Notes under the pieces: generated by a model
The model's input: the letters and a program-made list of their open reading frames with translations, nothing else
The model's database searches: none
Told to the model about the DNA's origin: nothing
Program-made: the position numbers and the translations under genes
Part shown: piece by piece, positions 1 to 9,143 of the stretch
Layout of the letters: each line of letters starts with the position of its first letter
Numbering within the stretch: the first letter of the stretch is position 1
Source: Deltaproteobacteria bacterium
Lineage (GTDB): Bacteria; Myxococcota_A; Polyangia; Polyangiales; JAFGIB01
Reading direction: 5' to 3'
Length of the DNA: 52,710 bases
NCBI GenBank assembly: GCA_016929805.1
Contig: JAFGIB010000290.1
Location: forward strand, 1 to 52,710

Positions 1-58
1 CGCGCTCGGTTTTACAGGCGAATCGGCCGCCGACTTGTTTGCCCCCCTGAACGCTTAC
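1..58 (-). mobile_element. Family B MITE-like repeat, terminal arm, truncated by window start
   Basis: Reverse complement GTAAGCGTTCAGGGGGGCAAACAAGTCGGCGGCCGATTCGCCTGTAAAACCGAGCGCG closely matches 52583-52639 and resembles 44332-44388. Confidence 0.85.
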
Positions 59-380
59 GATTAGATGTGAACCGCCGGAACAGTTCGGATGACCTCGTGT
101 CTAGGGAATGTAAGGTTATCGAGGAGAGCTTGTTTCCCTATTCAAATCGCGTAAATTTTATAATTCGTATATTGGCCGGTCGGCTCGTCTTTGCCACAAT
201 TTTGCCGCAGTTATGCCACAGTTTTACTAAGATCTACCTATGTAAGTGTTCTATACCTGCGCATACTCACCGCATCTCGTATCGATCTCGGGAAGTTAGT
301 CGGCACTGATTCGATTCATCTGGATCTCGGTACCGAAGGGTTCGGCTCGACAAACACTCTATCCAATTGAGGAGTTAATC

Positions 381-1523
381 GTGGCGGAAAGTCGTTTATT
401 GATACGAGTCGGATTACTGAGTATCGTCCTATCTGCAATCGCTTGCGACAACGAGAAAAGCGGCACAGAGGAAGCTGCGCAGAGATCTTTTGGGACCGGT
501 GGAGTCGAGAATCTCGATCCAACGTGGGGTGCTGTTACAGTTGTTCCAACAATAGACGCCGGCGTAACCGATACAACTTCGGTTAATTCCGGCGGGTCCG
601 GCTCCGAGAAAGTACCGGACACCGGACCAATAGAACGGCCGCTCGACGCAGGAGACAGCGGTGCGCGAGCGGATGGTGGCGGGATTTCGGGTAGTAGCGG
701 TGCATTCGGCACCGGCGGCACTACGACTACTGGCGGTACCGGCGGCACAACTATTACAAGCGGCCCTGCCCCGTCGATACCTCCTGCTCCCGCGCAATGC
801 CCAACAATCGCTACCGGGACTATCGAGGTATTGGGACAGCAGGTTCAGCTCTGGGCAGGTCCGGCGGGCCAACCAGGTCCAATGGTATTCTATTGGCACG
901 GAACCGGAAGTGTAGCAATGGAAGCGGTCATGGGCTTAGGTCAATTCCTTAATGAAGTCCAGAGCAGCGGTGGAGTGGTTGCTTCCTTTACTACCACGAC
1001 GGGAAACGGCAGTAACACGGGTAACTCTGTCTGGTTCACCGGCGACTTCGACATGGCGGATATTGTACTTTCATGCGCGGTAGATCAGGGTTTTATCGAT
1101 ACACGCCGGATATTTGCTGCCGGCTGCAGCGCTGGTGGATTGCAGTCCAGTGCAATGGTGTATCAACGTTCGAGCTACCTTGCGGCGTCAATGCCAAACT
1201 CTGGCGGTCTCGCGTGGCCTAATATTGCTGTATTCCAGGATCCGTCGCATATACCGGCATTAATGAGCACGCATGGTGCAGAAGGGGTTGACTATTATAT
1301 TATTGATTTTGCGCTCAGCACGGCGGCCTTAACTACAAACGTCGCGGCCAAGGGTGGTTTTGTGGTCAATTGCGACCACGGTGGAGAGCATTGCGCGCCT
1401 CCTGCCGAGGTAGTAAGGGCGCAGATCGAATTTCTCAAAGCCCATCCGTTCGGTTTCGATACCTCACCCTACGCGAGCGGCCTGCCCGCTCATTTCCCCA
1501 GCTACTGTCAAATCATTAATTGA
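381..1523 (+). CDS. Lipoprotein alpha/beta-hydrolase (PHB depolymerase/esterase-like)
   Basis: GAGGAG RBS before GTG; lipobox AIAC; Gly/Thr-rich linker; YWHGTG, nucleophile motif GCSAGG, C-terminal HGGEH. Confidence 0.75.
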   Translation: MAESRLLIRVGLLSIVLSAIACDNEKSGTEEAAQRSFGTGGVENLDPTWGAVTVVPTIDAGVTDTTSVNSGGSGSEKVPDTGPIERPLDAGDSGARADGGGISGSSGAFGTGGTTTTGGTGGTTITSGPAPSIPPAPAQCPTIATGTIEVLGQQVQLWAGPAGQPGPMVFYWHGTGSVAMEAVMGLGQFLNEVQSSGGVVASFTTTTGNGSNTGNSVWFTGDFDMADIVLSCAVDQGFIDTRRIFAAGCSAGGLQSSAMVYQRSSYLAASMPNSGGLAWPNIAVFQDPSHIPALMSTHGAEGVDYYIIDFALSTAALTTNVAAKGGFVVNCDHGGEHCAPPAEVVRAQIEFLKAHPFGFDTSPYASGLPAHFPSYCQIIN

Positions 1524-1649
1524 ACCTTAACGATGCAAAAAAAGGTCGAGCGGAAGCGCGTAAAAAGCGATGAAATAAGGGCGCGTGAAGCTTTTTTTGG
1601 ACTGCAGCTTAGGCGCTTTACGCGGACGGATTTTTTGCAACGTTAAGGT
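1524..1649 (-). mobile_element. Family A MITE-like element, internally deleted copy
   Basis: 19-bp TIR ACCTTAACG(A/T)TGCAAAAAA, 18/19 match; interior aligns in reverse to 34285-34475. Confidence 0.85.
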
Positions 1650-3289
1650 TTACCCTCCGAGGGTAATGTCGCGTACATGCGATCCCCAACGTTGTTGGGA
1701 TCGAAGGCTTCTTTGATCTTCCGCTGAAAGTGGAAAGCCAGCGGTTGCGGCGTTCTTCGAAGAGCGTTCCATATCTGTTCGTCGCTTTCTCCAACCTGAA
1801 GGTACATCGCCTCTTTTCCAGGCGGAAAACCGTTGGCGACAGCATCGACAATCGCGTCGCGCATGTGTTGCGTCCCGGCCGCCACAGACGCGTTATCCGC
1901 CGGATCGTAGGAGACGAACTGCTCCAATCCCATATTTCCGCCGCCCGCGATGCTGCTTCCGTTGCCCATGAGCGCGTCGCCGCCGCACTGCACGAGATTT
2001 CCGCCGGCCGCGTCTCGATATAGGCCTTTTATCGCGACCGGAACATATCCTTTAACCCAATCAGGCGTACCGGTTTGCATCCAGCTACCCAAGTAGCCGC
2101 CCACCCAGACGAAATTCATGTGTTTATGACCGAGCCTTTGCATATAGGTATTGGTGAACTCCGCCATATCTTTTTCGCAATACCTTTGAACCTTCCATCC
2201 GCCCGTCTCTTTAAGAATTTGATCGAGGATCTTGTCCTGTAGCTCAATCTCTCTGATCGACCGTCCGGCCATAATGAACTGAAAGGATATGCGCAGCTCC
2301 TCGGTGAGATCTTGTATATCTTTGCGTTTTACCGCCTCTTCGACATCGTTGAGAGTCTTTTCCGGATCGATATAGGTAAGCCACAAGGCCGGTCCCAAGT
2401 CAGCGCCCGCCAGCGCGTACTGCCGATGGAAGATGTACCCTATCTCGTTATCGTATATTTTATAATATATATCCGCCCAGGCGTCCCAAGTCGGCGCCGC
2501 CAGGGTATACACGCGAAAATTTTCCTGTATCGGCAATCGGTAACCGGGCAGCGTTCCTTTGACTTGGTATTCGGTCGGGCCCGGCCAATGAGCGAGCTTG
2601 ATCGCGCACTTGGTGTAAACGCCCAGTCCCCCTCGCGAACCCACCCAACCGCGGCAGATACCGCGCACGCTTGGTCCCGGCCCTTCGCCGCAGAACCAAC
2701 CGTTACCCGAACCGAGCGAGCCGGTGCGAATGATCTCTCCCTCGGGCGTGACCCACTCCATACCGAGCAGGTTATCCGAATTATTCCCCATCCAAAAAGA
2801 GCTCGGTCCCATACCCGCGTAGGCGCACGCGCTGGCGACAATCGATGTCGACGCGCCGGCCCCGATGATGTTGATGTTGAGGCCGAGCTTCATGACCTCG
2901 GCTTGAAGCTGCGCGCAGATCACGTACGGCTCCACAACCGCGTACCGGTTTCTTTCGTCTATCTCCAAGATCCGGTTCATGCGCCGCAAATCGATTTGCA
3001 GGGTCTCCTCGTCCTCTTTCAGGGGAGCCGCCCAGTGATACCACCCGGTGGAAATCGGTTTGGCTTTCACTCGATATTTGTTGCATAGCTTGATGATTCT
3101 CTGCACCTCTTCGGTGCAAGCGGGCATGATCACGGCGACCGGACGCGGCATATAATGGCTAAAGTTTGGCCTTACCAGCTCGGCAAGCCATTGAAACGCG
3201 TAGCTGTCTAGAAAAGCCGGATCATTTGAGATATGCCTTTCTCCAACGATATCTTCAAGTTCGCGGTACGCTTCTTTGCTAAACGCCAT
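1643..3289 (-). CDS. FAD-binding oxidoreductase (VAO/PCMH, GlcD-like fold)
   Basis: PVAVIMP..TEEVQ, IDLRRMNRILEID, VEPYV, LGMEWVTPEGE, C-terminal KEAFDPNN. Confidence 0.85.
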   Translation of the reverse strand: MAFSKEAYRELEDIVGERHISNDPAFLDSYAFQWLAELVRPNFSHYMPRPVAVIMPACTEEVQRIIKLCNKYRVKAKPISTGWYHWAAPLKEDEETLQIDLRRMNRILEIDERNRYAVVEPYVICAQLQAEVMKLGLNINIIGAGASTSIVASACAYAGMGPSSFWMGNNSDNLLGMEWVTPEGEIIRTGSLGSGNGWFCGEGPGPSVRGICRGWVGSRGGLGVYTKCAIKLAHWPGPTEYQVKGTLPGYRLPIQENFRVYTLAAPTWDAWADIYYKIYDNEIGYIFHRQYALAGADLGPALWLTYIDPEKTLNDVEEAVKRKDIQDLTEELRISFQFIMAGRSIREIELQDKILDQILKETGGWKVQRYCEKDMAEFTNTYMQRLGHKHMNFVWVGGYLGSWMQTGTPDWVKGYVPVAIKGLYRDAAGGNLVQCGGDALMGNGSSIAGGGNMGLEQFVSYDPADNASVAAGTQHMRDAIVDAVANGFPPGKEAMYLQVGESDEQIWNALRRTPQPLAFHFQRKIKEAFDPNNVGDRMYATLPSEGKP

Positions 3290-3306
3290 GGTCGGTTCCT
3301 TCCTGA

Positions 3307-4587
3307 TTAGAGGGCCTGATAAACGAGCTCGATAATGTCTACAATCTTAATCTTGGTGCCGTTACGCGTCGCCGCGTCGGCGAAGTTCTTTTCGCACCAT
3401 GGACAGGCGCTTGCGAGCGCGTCCGCGCCCACCGATTTGGCTTCTTCTAACCTCTCGCTCGCCGTCCACATGGAATATTCCGGGTAAGCTTCGCGCACGC
3501 CGCCGCCGGCGCCGCAGCACCACGCGGCTTCTCTATTACGTTCCATCTCGACCAGCTCCAAGCCCGGTATCGCCATAAGCACGTCTCGAGGCGGCTGGTA
3601 CACGCCTTTCGCTCCGTTATAGCGCGGCCTCGGGGGATCGTATACGACCGCCTGGCCGAAGATTTTCTTTTCCTTGCCTTTCCATGCGACATAGGGTTCT
3701 CCTTGTCTACCGAGATAACAGGGATCGTGATAGGTCACGCGCATGGGAAGCGCTTTCGTAAAGCTGATTTTTCCTTGCTTGAGTAAACGGTCTATCAGTT
3801 CCACCATGTGAATCACCGCGACCGATGATCCCGACTCCGGATAGAGTCGTTTGAAGGTGTGGTAGCAATCGGCGCAGGGTGTGACGACCGTTTCCACGCC
3901 CGCGTCCGCCCATATTTTTAGATTACGTTCAGCGGCCGCCTGATAGTCAGCTTTATAACCCATATGATAAGCTCGACCTCCGCAGCAGCTTTCGTCGGCT
4001 CCGAGGATAGCGAAATCGACCCCCGCCTTCTTCAGCAGCTCGGCCGCGTTGCGTACCGCCTCTCTGAGGTCGGGGTCGTGCGAGTATTGGCAGCCAGCGT
4101 GAAACAGCAGCTTGGATTTATGCTTGGATAAACGCTTCAGATCAAGACCCTCCGCCCAATCTCCGCGCTTGGATTTGGGTTTGTTGAGCATATTACTTAG
4201 GCTGCGAAAGCCCTTCATCACCGGTTGGTGTTGAGCGAGCCCATGTCCCTGATCGACCAGCCTAAACCTGAGCTCGTGCAAAGCCTCAATGGGCCACATA
4301 TCGTAACGGCACATCTTACAGGTCACGTCGCAGTTACCGCACATTTGACACTTAAATACCGATTCCTTTACCGCCTCCGTCACGGTCGAACGGCCGTCCA
4401 TCAAGGACAGCGCGGTAACCAACCGACCGCCGGCCGAATAAGAATGAAAGTGGTTGTATTCGACACTCGGACAACCCTTGGAAAACCTCCAACTCTTAAT
4501 TAGATCAAATGGAATCCATTTACAGTACGCGCATCGGGTGCATCTGAGCGCGTCCGCTCGGTAATCTTCTAGAGCCATGGTCGCCAC
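3307..4587 (-). CDS. Fe-S protein with two CCG domains (GlcF/HdrD-like)
   Basis: CTRCAYC..GCP and CQMCGNCDVTC ferredoxin motifs; SCCGG, TPCADC, YHDPCYLGR, WCCGAGGG, ACPWC. Confidence 0.9.
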   Translation of the reverse strand: MATMALEDYRADALRCTRCAYCKWIPFDLIKSWRFSKGCPSVEYNHFHSYSAGGRLVTALSLMDGRSTVTEAVKESVFKCQMCGNCDVTCKMCRYDMWPIEALHELRFRLVDQGHGLAQHQPVMKGFRSLSNMLNKPKSKRGDWAEGLDLKRLSKHKSKLLFHAGCQYSHDPDLREAVRNAAELLKKAGVDFAILGADESCCGGRAYHMGYKADYQAAAERNLKIWADAGVETVVTPCADCYHTFKRLYPESGSSVAVIHMVELIDRLLKQGKISFTKALPMRVTYHDPCYLGRQGEPYVAWKGKEKKIFGQAVVYDPPRPRYNGAKGVYQPPRDVLMAIPGLELVEMERNREAAWCCGAGGGVREAYPEYSMWTASERLEEAKSVGADALASACPWCEKNFADAATRNGTKIKIVDIIELVYQAL

Positions 4588-4614
4588 CTTTCTATAACAA
4601 TCCGATGTTTCGTA

Positions 4615-6084
4615 TTAGAAGCACAGCTTACCCGGGTTCATGACGTTATTGGGATCGAAGATACGCTTGACTTTTCTCAGCGCAGAAGTGCTTTGGGCGT
4701 CGCGGCTATACATCATGTCTGCCCAGATCCCGTACGGCCTCGAAAAATAGGCACCCCCGCTCACAAGCGCCTCGCTCGCTTTCGAGAATAGCTGCTTTAT
4801 ATTCGAGACTTCGTTAAAATCCCGGGGATCGTAGGGCAGATTGAACTCGCAATGATGCGCGACGCCCTGATGCTGCGGCTGAATGTAAACGCCGATTTCT
4901 GATTCGGGATAGTTATGAATGCGAGCGGTATGGTAAACCGTGTCGATGAATTCACGCGACTTATCCAACGTGGAGAGAAAGAATATCTGCTCACATGCTC
5001 CCTTGTAGCTTAGTTTCCAGTAGGGCTCGCGCGACGGCGCCAACAGCAGATCGTAGACCTCATTCGTCGTAGCTCCGTGGATGCCTGAAGCCAGCCTGAC
5101 CCCGTATGTTTGGGCGAGCTCGACCAAATCCTGTTGCTGCTCGTCAACCCGTTCCTCCGGGAATAACGCCCGACCGCCGATGCCGATGATCAGCAGCCAA
5201 GGCGGCAAGCTCTTTGTTAACGCCGCCACCTTATCGGCCTGATGAGCGAGCATATAAGCGAGCTGCGTATTATTGACCAGAATGACCTCATCGCCCAGTC
5301 GAACTCTTAGCAGCCGATGCATAAAATCAATAAGCGATTCAGGCGTCGTCGCCGGTACGAAAAACAGTTTGCGCATCGCGGGAATGAGTTCGCAACGAAC
5401 GGAGGCCCAGGTAACGATACCCATCGACCCTTGAGCGCCCGTGAGCAACCGTACATAATCCGTCGCGCCCGGTCCCTTGGGATCCGAGTGCCTCGCGCCC
5501 ATGCTCCACTGCGCCTCCAACGAGAGCGGACCGCTACCGGCCTCTCCCGTATACATCATCTCCCCGGTCCCCCAAACGACTCCGCAACTCCGTAAAGGCT
5601 CGGTAAAAGAATAGTGATAGCGAGCAATCAGGGTGGGTTGCCGCTCCAATAGGCTTGCTATCACGGATTTATTCGGCCGGGGCATTAAAGGCGTCGTCAG
5701 GCGCAAACCCTCCTTGACCAGCTCGGGTTGTAGCCGGCCATAGGTAACGCCGGGCTCGATCCACGTCATGCGATTTCTGCGGTCGATGCGCAGGACGCGG
5801 TTCATCCGGCTAAGCTCTACGATCACCGCGCCCGGAGCGCTCGGCACGGTATCGCCGTGAAAATGGGGCGGGCCGGAACTGACCGGTATCAGCGGCGTCG
5901 AGGAGTGGTTGGCCCAGGCAACCAGCTTCTGTACCTCGTCCACGCTTCCCGGCTGAGCGACAAACCAAGGTTTCAGCGGTAGAACAAAACTATTATCGCG
6001 CGCGTAGGTATCGAGGACAGCCGGGTCGTCGGAGACAAAGCGACTACCGACGATGTCTGCCAATTGTTCTTTCTTATTATCCAC
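4615..6084 (-). CDS. FAD-binding oxidoreductase (VAO/PCMH, GlcD-like fold)
   Basis: QPGSVDEVQ, VELSRMNRVLRID, IEPGVT, GAQGSMGIVT, C-terminal KRIFDPNNVMNPGK. Confidence 0.85.
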   Translation of the reverse strand: MDNKKEQLADIVGSRFVSDDPAVLDTYARDNSFVLPLKPWFVAQPGSVDEVQKLVAWANHSSTPLIPVSSGPPHFHGDTVPSAPGAVIVELSRMNRVLRIDRRNRMTWIEPGVTYGRLQPELVKEGLRLTTPLMPRPNKSVIASLLERQPTLIARYHYSFTEPLRSCGVVWGTGEMMYTGEAGSGPLSLEAQWSMGARHSDPKGPGATDYVRLLTGAQGSMGIVTWASVRCELIPAMRKLFFVPATTPESLIDFMHRLLRVRLGDEVILVNNTQLAYMLAHQADKVAALTKSLPPWLLIIGIGGRALFPEERVDEQQQDLVELAQTYGVRLASGIHGATTNEVYDLLLAPSREPYWKLSYKGACEQIFFLSTLDKSREFIDTVYHTARIHNYPESEIGVYIQPQHQGVAHHCEFNLPYDPRDFNEVSNIKQLFSKASEALVSGGAYFSRPYGIWADMMYSRDAQSTSALRKVKRIFDPNNVMNPGKLCF

Positions 6085-6148
6085 GAGATGCCTCCTTATG
6101 CGGTTACGAGCGGATGAATTTAAGAAATCCGAAGGTGCAAAACGGAGA

Positions 6149-7612
6149 TTACGCAGTAGTTTCGAAGCGCTTCGGTACGCGCCCGACTAGATAGATAAAC
6201 AGCGCGCCGGCAAATATCGGCAGCGACGCGGCGATAAAAGCGGCGGCGATCGACCATTGCAGGGTGAAGAACGCGGCGCCAATTAAAGGACCAATCACCG
6301 AGCCTATCCTGCCCCAACCCATGGTGCTTCCGACGCCGGTCGCACGGATCGCCGTGGGGTAAACCATCGCGGCCACCGCGTACATCGTCGTCTGCGCGCC
6401 CATCATGCAAGTGCCCGTTAGAAAGAGCGCGGGGACCAATACGGCAGGTTCAGCCCCTATCCCGATAGAGGCGATCGCGATAGCACCGATCAAATAGCTC
6501 GTCGTCACGACCTTAAAGATGCCATACCTGTCGATCAGTACTCCCATGGTCACCGTACCCACCGCGCCGCCACCGTTTAGAAGAACAGTCGATAACAGCG
6601 ACCAGGTCATCGATAACCCCGATTGCTTCATAAACACGGGTAGCCAGCTCATGAAGAAATAGACGCCGAAAGTATTACAAACGAAGATCAACGTGATCAA
6701 TACCGTGGGCAGGGTGCGTCCCGGCCCGAATATGCTGGCCACGCCTACTTTAGCTTGACGCGCTTCGTGAATCGTGAATTGAACCGAGTCGGATAATTGA
6801 ACCTCAGGGGCGATTTTTCGAATAACGGCCGCCGCCTTGTGTCGTTTCTCGGTACGCGCGGCAATAAAGCGAATAGACTCGGGGAGCGTAAAAACGAAAT
6901 ACGCGCCGAACGCCACCAGCGGGACTAGGAAGCCGACAATGAAGATAGATTGCCATCCGTGCCATCCAAACGTAACCGTTATCCAGATACCGATCAGGAC
7001 GCTTGCGAGAGCGGCGACGGGAACGCGAGTAGCGGCATACCCCGCAATCGCCAGGGGGAATAACCCTCCGATAAAGAAAACGGACCGCCAACCTAACGAA
7101 GGGATAAGCCAAGAACCCACGAGACCGCTCGCAAGAGCGCCGATAGGAACACCGGTATACGTCAGGGTGCTAAGCGTTCCTCGGGCGCGCGCGGGGACGT
7201 ATTCCGCTGACAACGCGACCACATTGGGCAACACGCCTCCCAATCCGAGCCCGGAAAATAGTCGCGTCAACGCCAGGCCGTCAGGTGTTGATACGAAAGC
7301 CGAGAGAAGAGTCGCTAAGCCAAAGAGAGTTACGGCGACTATTAACGGCCACCTTCGGCCGTAGCGGTCGGCGATCGGTCCTAAAATCGCCGCTCCTAGG
7401 ATCATACCGACCGGTCCCGCGGTCAACGCCAAACCGAAGTCCTTCGGTTTAAGTTGCCAATCCTGCATCAACGCCGGGACGGCAACTCCGATTACTTGCA
7501 TATCGAAACCGTCGAGCAGCATGATGACAAAGCACGTGATTAGAATACGAACTTGATAGAAACCGACCCGCCGACCGTCGATGAACTCGGAAATATCAAA
7601 CGTTGCTGTCAT
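6149..7612 (-). CDS. MFS aromatic acid:H+ symporter (PcaK/BenK/MhpT-like)
   Basis: TM1 DGFD motif, ADRYGRR motif A, AEYVPARARG, LPES, YPTAIRATG. Confidence 0.88.
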   Translation of the reverse strand: MTATFDISEFIDGRRVGFYQVRILITCFVIMLLDGFDMQVIGVAVPALMQDWQLKPKDFGLALTAGPVGMILGAAILGPIADRYGRRWPLIVAVTLFGLATLLSAFVSTPDGLALTRLFSGLGLGGVLPNVVALSAEYVPARARGTLSTLTYTGVPIGALASGLVGSWLIPSLGWRSVFFIGGLFPLAIAGYAATRVPVAALASVLIGIWITVTFGWHGWQSIFIVGFLVPLVAFGAYFVFTLPESIRFIAARTEKRHKAAAVIRKIAPEVQLSDSVQFTIHEARQAKVGVASIFGPGRTLPTVLITLIFVCNTFGVYFFMSWLPVFMKQSGLSMTWSLLSTVLLNGGGAVGTVTMGVLIDRYGIFKVVTTSYLIGAIAIASIGIGAEPAVLVPALFLTGTCMMGAQTTMYAVAAMVYPTAIRATGVGSTMGWGRIGSVIGPLIGAAFFTLQWSIAAAFIAASLPIFAGALFIYLVGRVPKRFETTA

Positions 7613-7865
7613 TTTCTAAACCTCCTCGACCGACGGCCTGGAAGAACATGTATACCCGAGTTTTTCGTTATCGGGTATGCCTGACATACGCCACGAACTT
7701 TCAAAAAGATCGATAGGTATCGCGTCAGCTTCGGCCGGCGACTGTTTTGTAATCACTATCATATACTCGTAGATCTCTATCTAAGCTAAAAACGGTCTTC
7801 GCTTCGGGTCTATGCGGAACACATCGATCACAACCATCGTAGGTATCGTATCGCGCACGGTGAGG

Positions 7866-8942
7866 CTAGAAGCTGTGAATGTACCGCAGGTTGATGACGA
7901 AGTCGTTTTTAGCCGTGTTGTCGGCTATTAACTGAAAGTACACGTTCGCGAATACTTTGTTCGGCTCATCGATTGCCCACATTGCGCCGGGGCCGATGCC
8001 GAAAATTGTGACTTTTCCGTAGTCGTTGAAACTCATATCTCCCGGATTAGACGTACCATCGGCCATCTGCCAGAGGTCGAGGTTGAATTGCATGAAGTAG
8101 TAACCGTTGACGCCGAAATGAAAGGTTTCGGGAAACTCGAACGAAGCGGCGAAGTTGACCCATCCGGCCTGACCCGCTTGCGCATACCTTATCTGCGGTG
8201 GGTTTTCCAACTGATTTCGCAAAATGTAGCCGAGCGTGGGGTTGAGATTCTTAAAGTTGTATAAGTAACTAAAACGCGCGCTCAGCTCGCAATGGGGGAG
8301 ATACAACAAGGTCACCGCCCACGAGGGGATAAGCGAGGTAAAATTAGACGATTGGTTGATGTCTTTGGAGGGATCGTACTTTCCGGTCGGGGCCGTGATA
8401 TTAAACTCGATTCGATTGGTAAAAAACGGCCTGCCGAACGCCATAACGGGTCGAAATTGCAACATCGGCCCAAAGGTTATATCGCCGAGACCGAAACCGT
8501 TATCCTGAATTAGATTGCTCGGCGGGTTCGGATTAGAGGTAGCGTCGAAAAGAATCATGGGAATCATGAAATTGATGCCGGCATGCGCCGAGTCGCCGAA
8601 CAACTCGTAAGGCAAGGTATAAACGAGCTGGTTAATCAGCACGAAGGCGTTTATCGTTGGATCCAATACGTACTGGATGGGCTTGTCCGGCTGTACTTTT
8701 CCTAAGTAAGACCTACCGTTGATAGTCTCGGCGTGGCCCCACTGTAAATACGCCAAGTAAGTAAAGCCTTCCTCGTTTCTTCCGAAGCCGTCGTAGAAGC
8801 TCGTGGCGCCTAGATTAATCCCCTGCGGCTGAAGGCCTACGGCGCGCGCGCTTGAGGGCAAGAAGGCCGAGACCAACGCGACCCATAGGGCCAGCCCGAA
8901 CAGCACGATCTCCGTAGGATTCCTTTTATAAATCTCTCTCAT
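7866..8942 (-). CDS. SphA / Phenol_MetA_deg family outer-membrane channel
   Basis: GINLGATSFYDG, GLGDITFGP, APTGKYD, GVNGYY, GIGPG, terminal Phe; start moved to ATG 8942 because a GAGGAG RBS precedes it. Confidence 0.8.
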   Translation of the reverse strand: MREIYKRNPTEIVLFGLALWVALVSAFLPSSARAVGLQPQGINLGATSFYDGFGRNEEGFTYLAYLQWGHAETINGRSYLGKVQPDKPIQYVLDPTINAFVLINQLVYTLPYELFGDSAHAGINFMIPMILFDATSNPNPPSNLIQDNGFGLGDITFGPMLQFRPVMAFGRPFFTNRIEFNITAPTGKYDPSKDINQSSNFTSLIPSWAVTLLYLPHCELSARFSYLYNFKNLNPTLGYILRNQLENPPQIRYAQAGQAGWVNFAASFEFPETFHFGVNGYYFMQFNLDLWQMADGTSNPGDMSFNDYGKVTIFGIGPGAMWAIDEPNKVFANVYFQLIADNTAKNDFVINLRYIHSF

Positions 8943-9143
8943 CGAATTCTCCTCAATCATCCGTCTCGAAAACAGCTCAATCATGTGGGCGACACGGCCC
9001 GAAAACCGCATTCATATAAAGCTCCCGTCACGCAACGCTGCGGACCGCTTCGACCTTTTCCGGCGACATCCGCCCGCCCGCGGCCGATGGTGACGGACCG
9101 GGACGGCCTACGTTCGTCGGCACTATAACAGAACGTATAACGC

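Noticed and set aside
191-206. Sigma54-like TGCCAC-N4-TTGC upstream of the first esterase
   Set aside because: Lacks the invariant GG at -24
1524-1649. Family A as integron attC sites (TAAC...GTTA next to stop codons)
   Set aside because: Ends do not fit RYYYAAC/GTTRRRY, copies lie between convergent or core genes, and there is no cassette array or integrase
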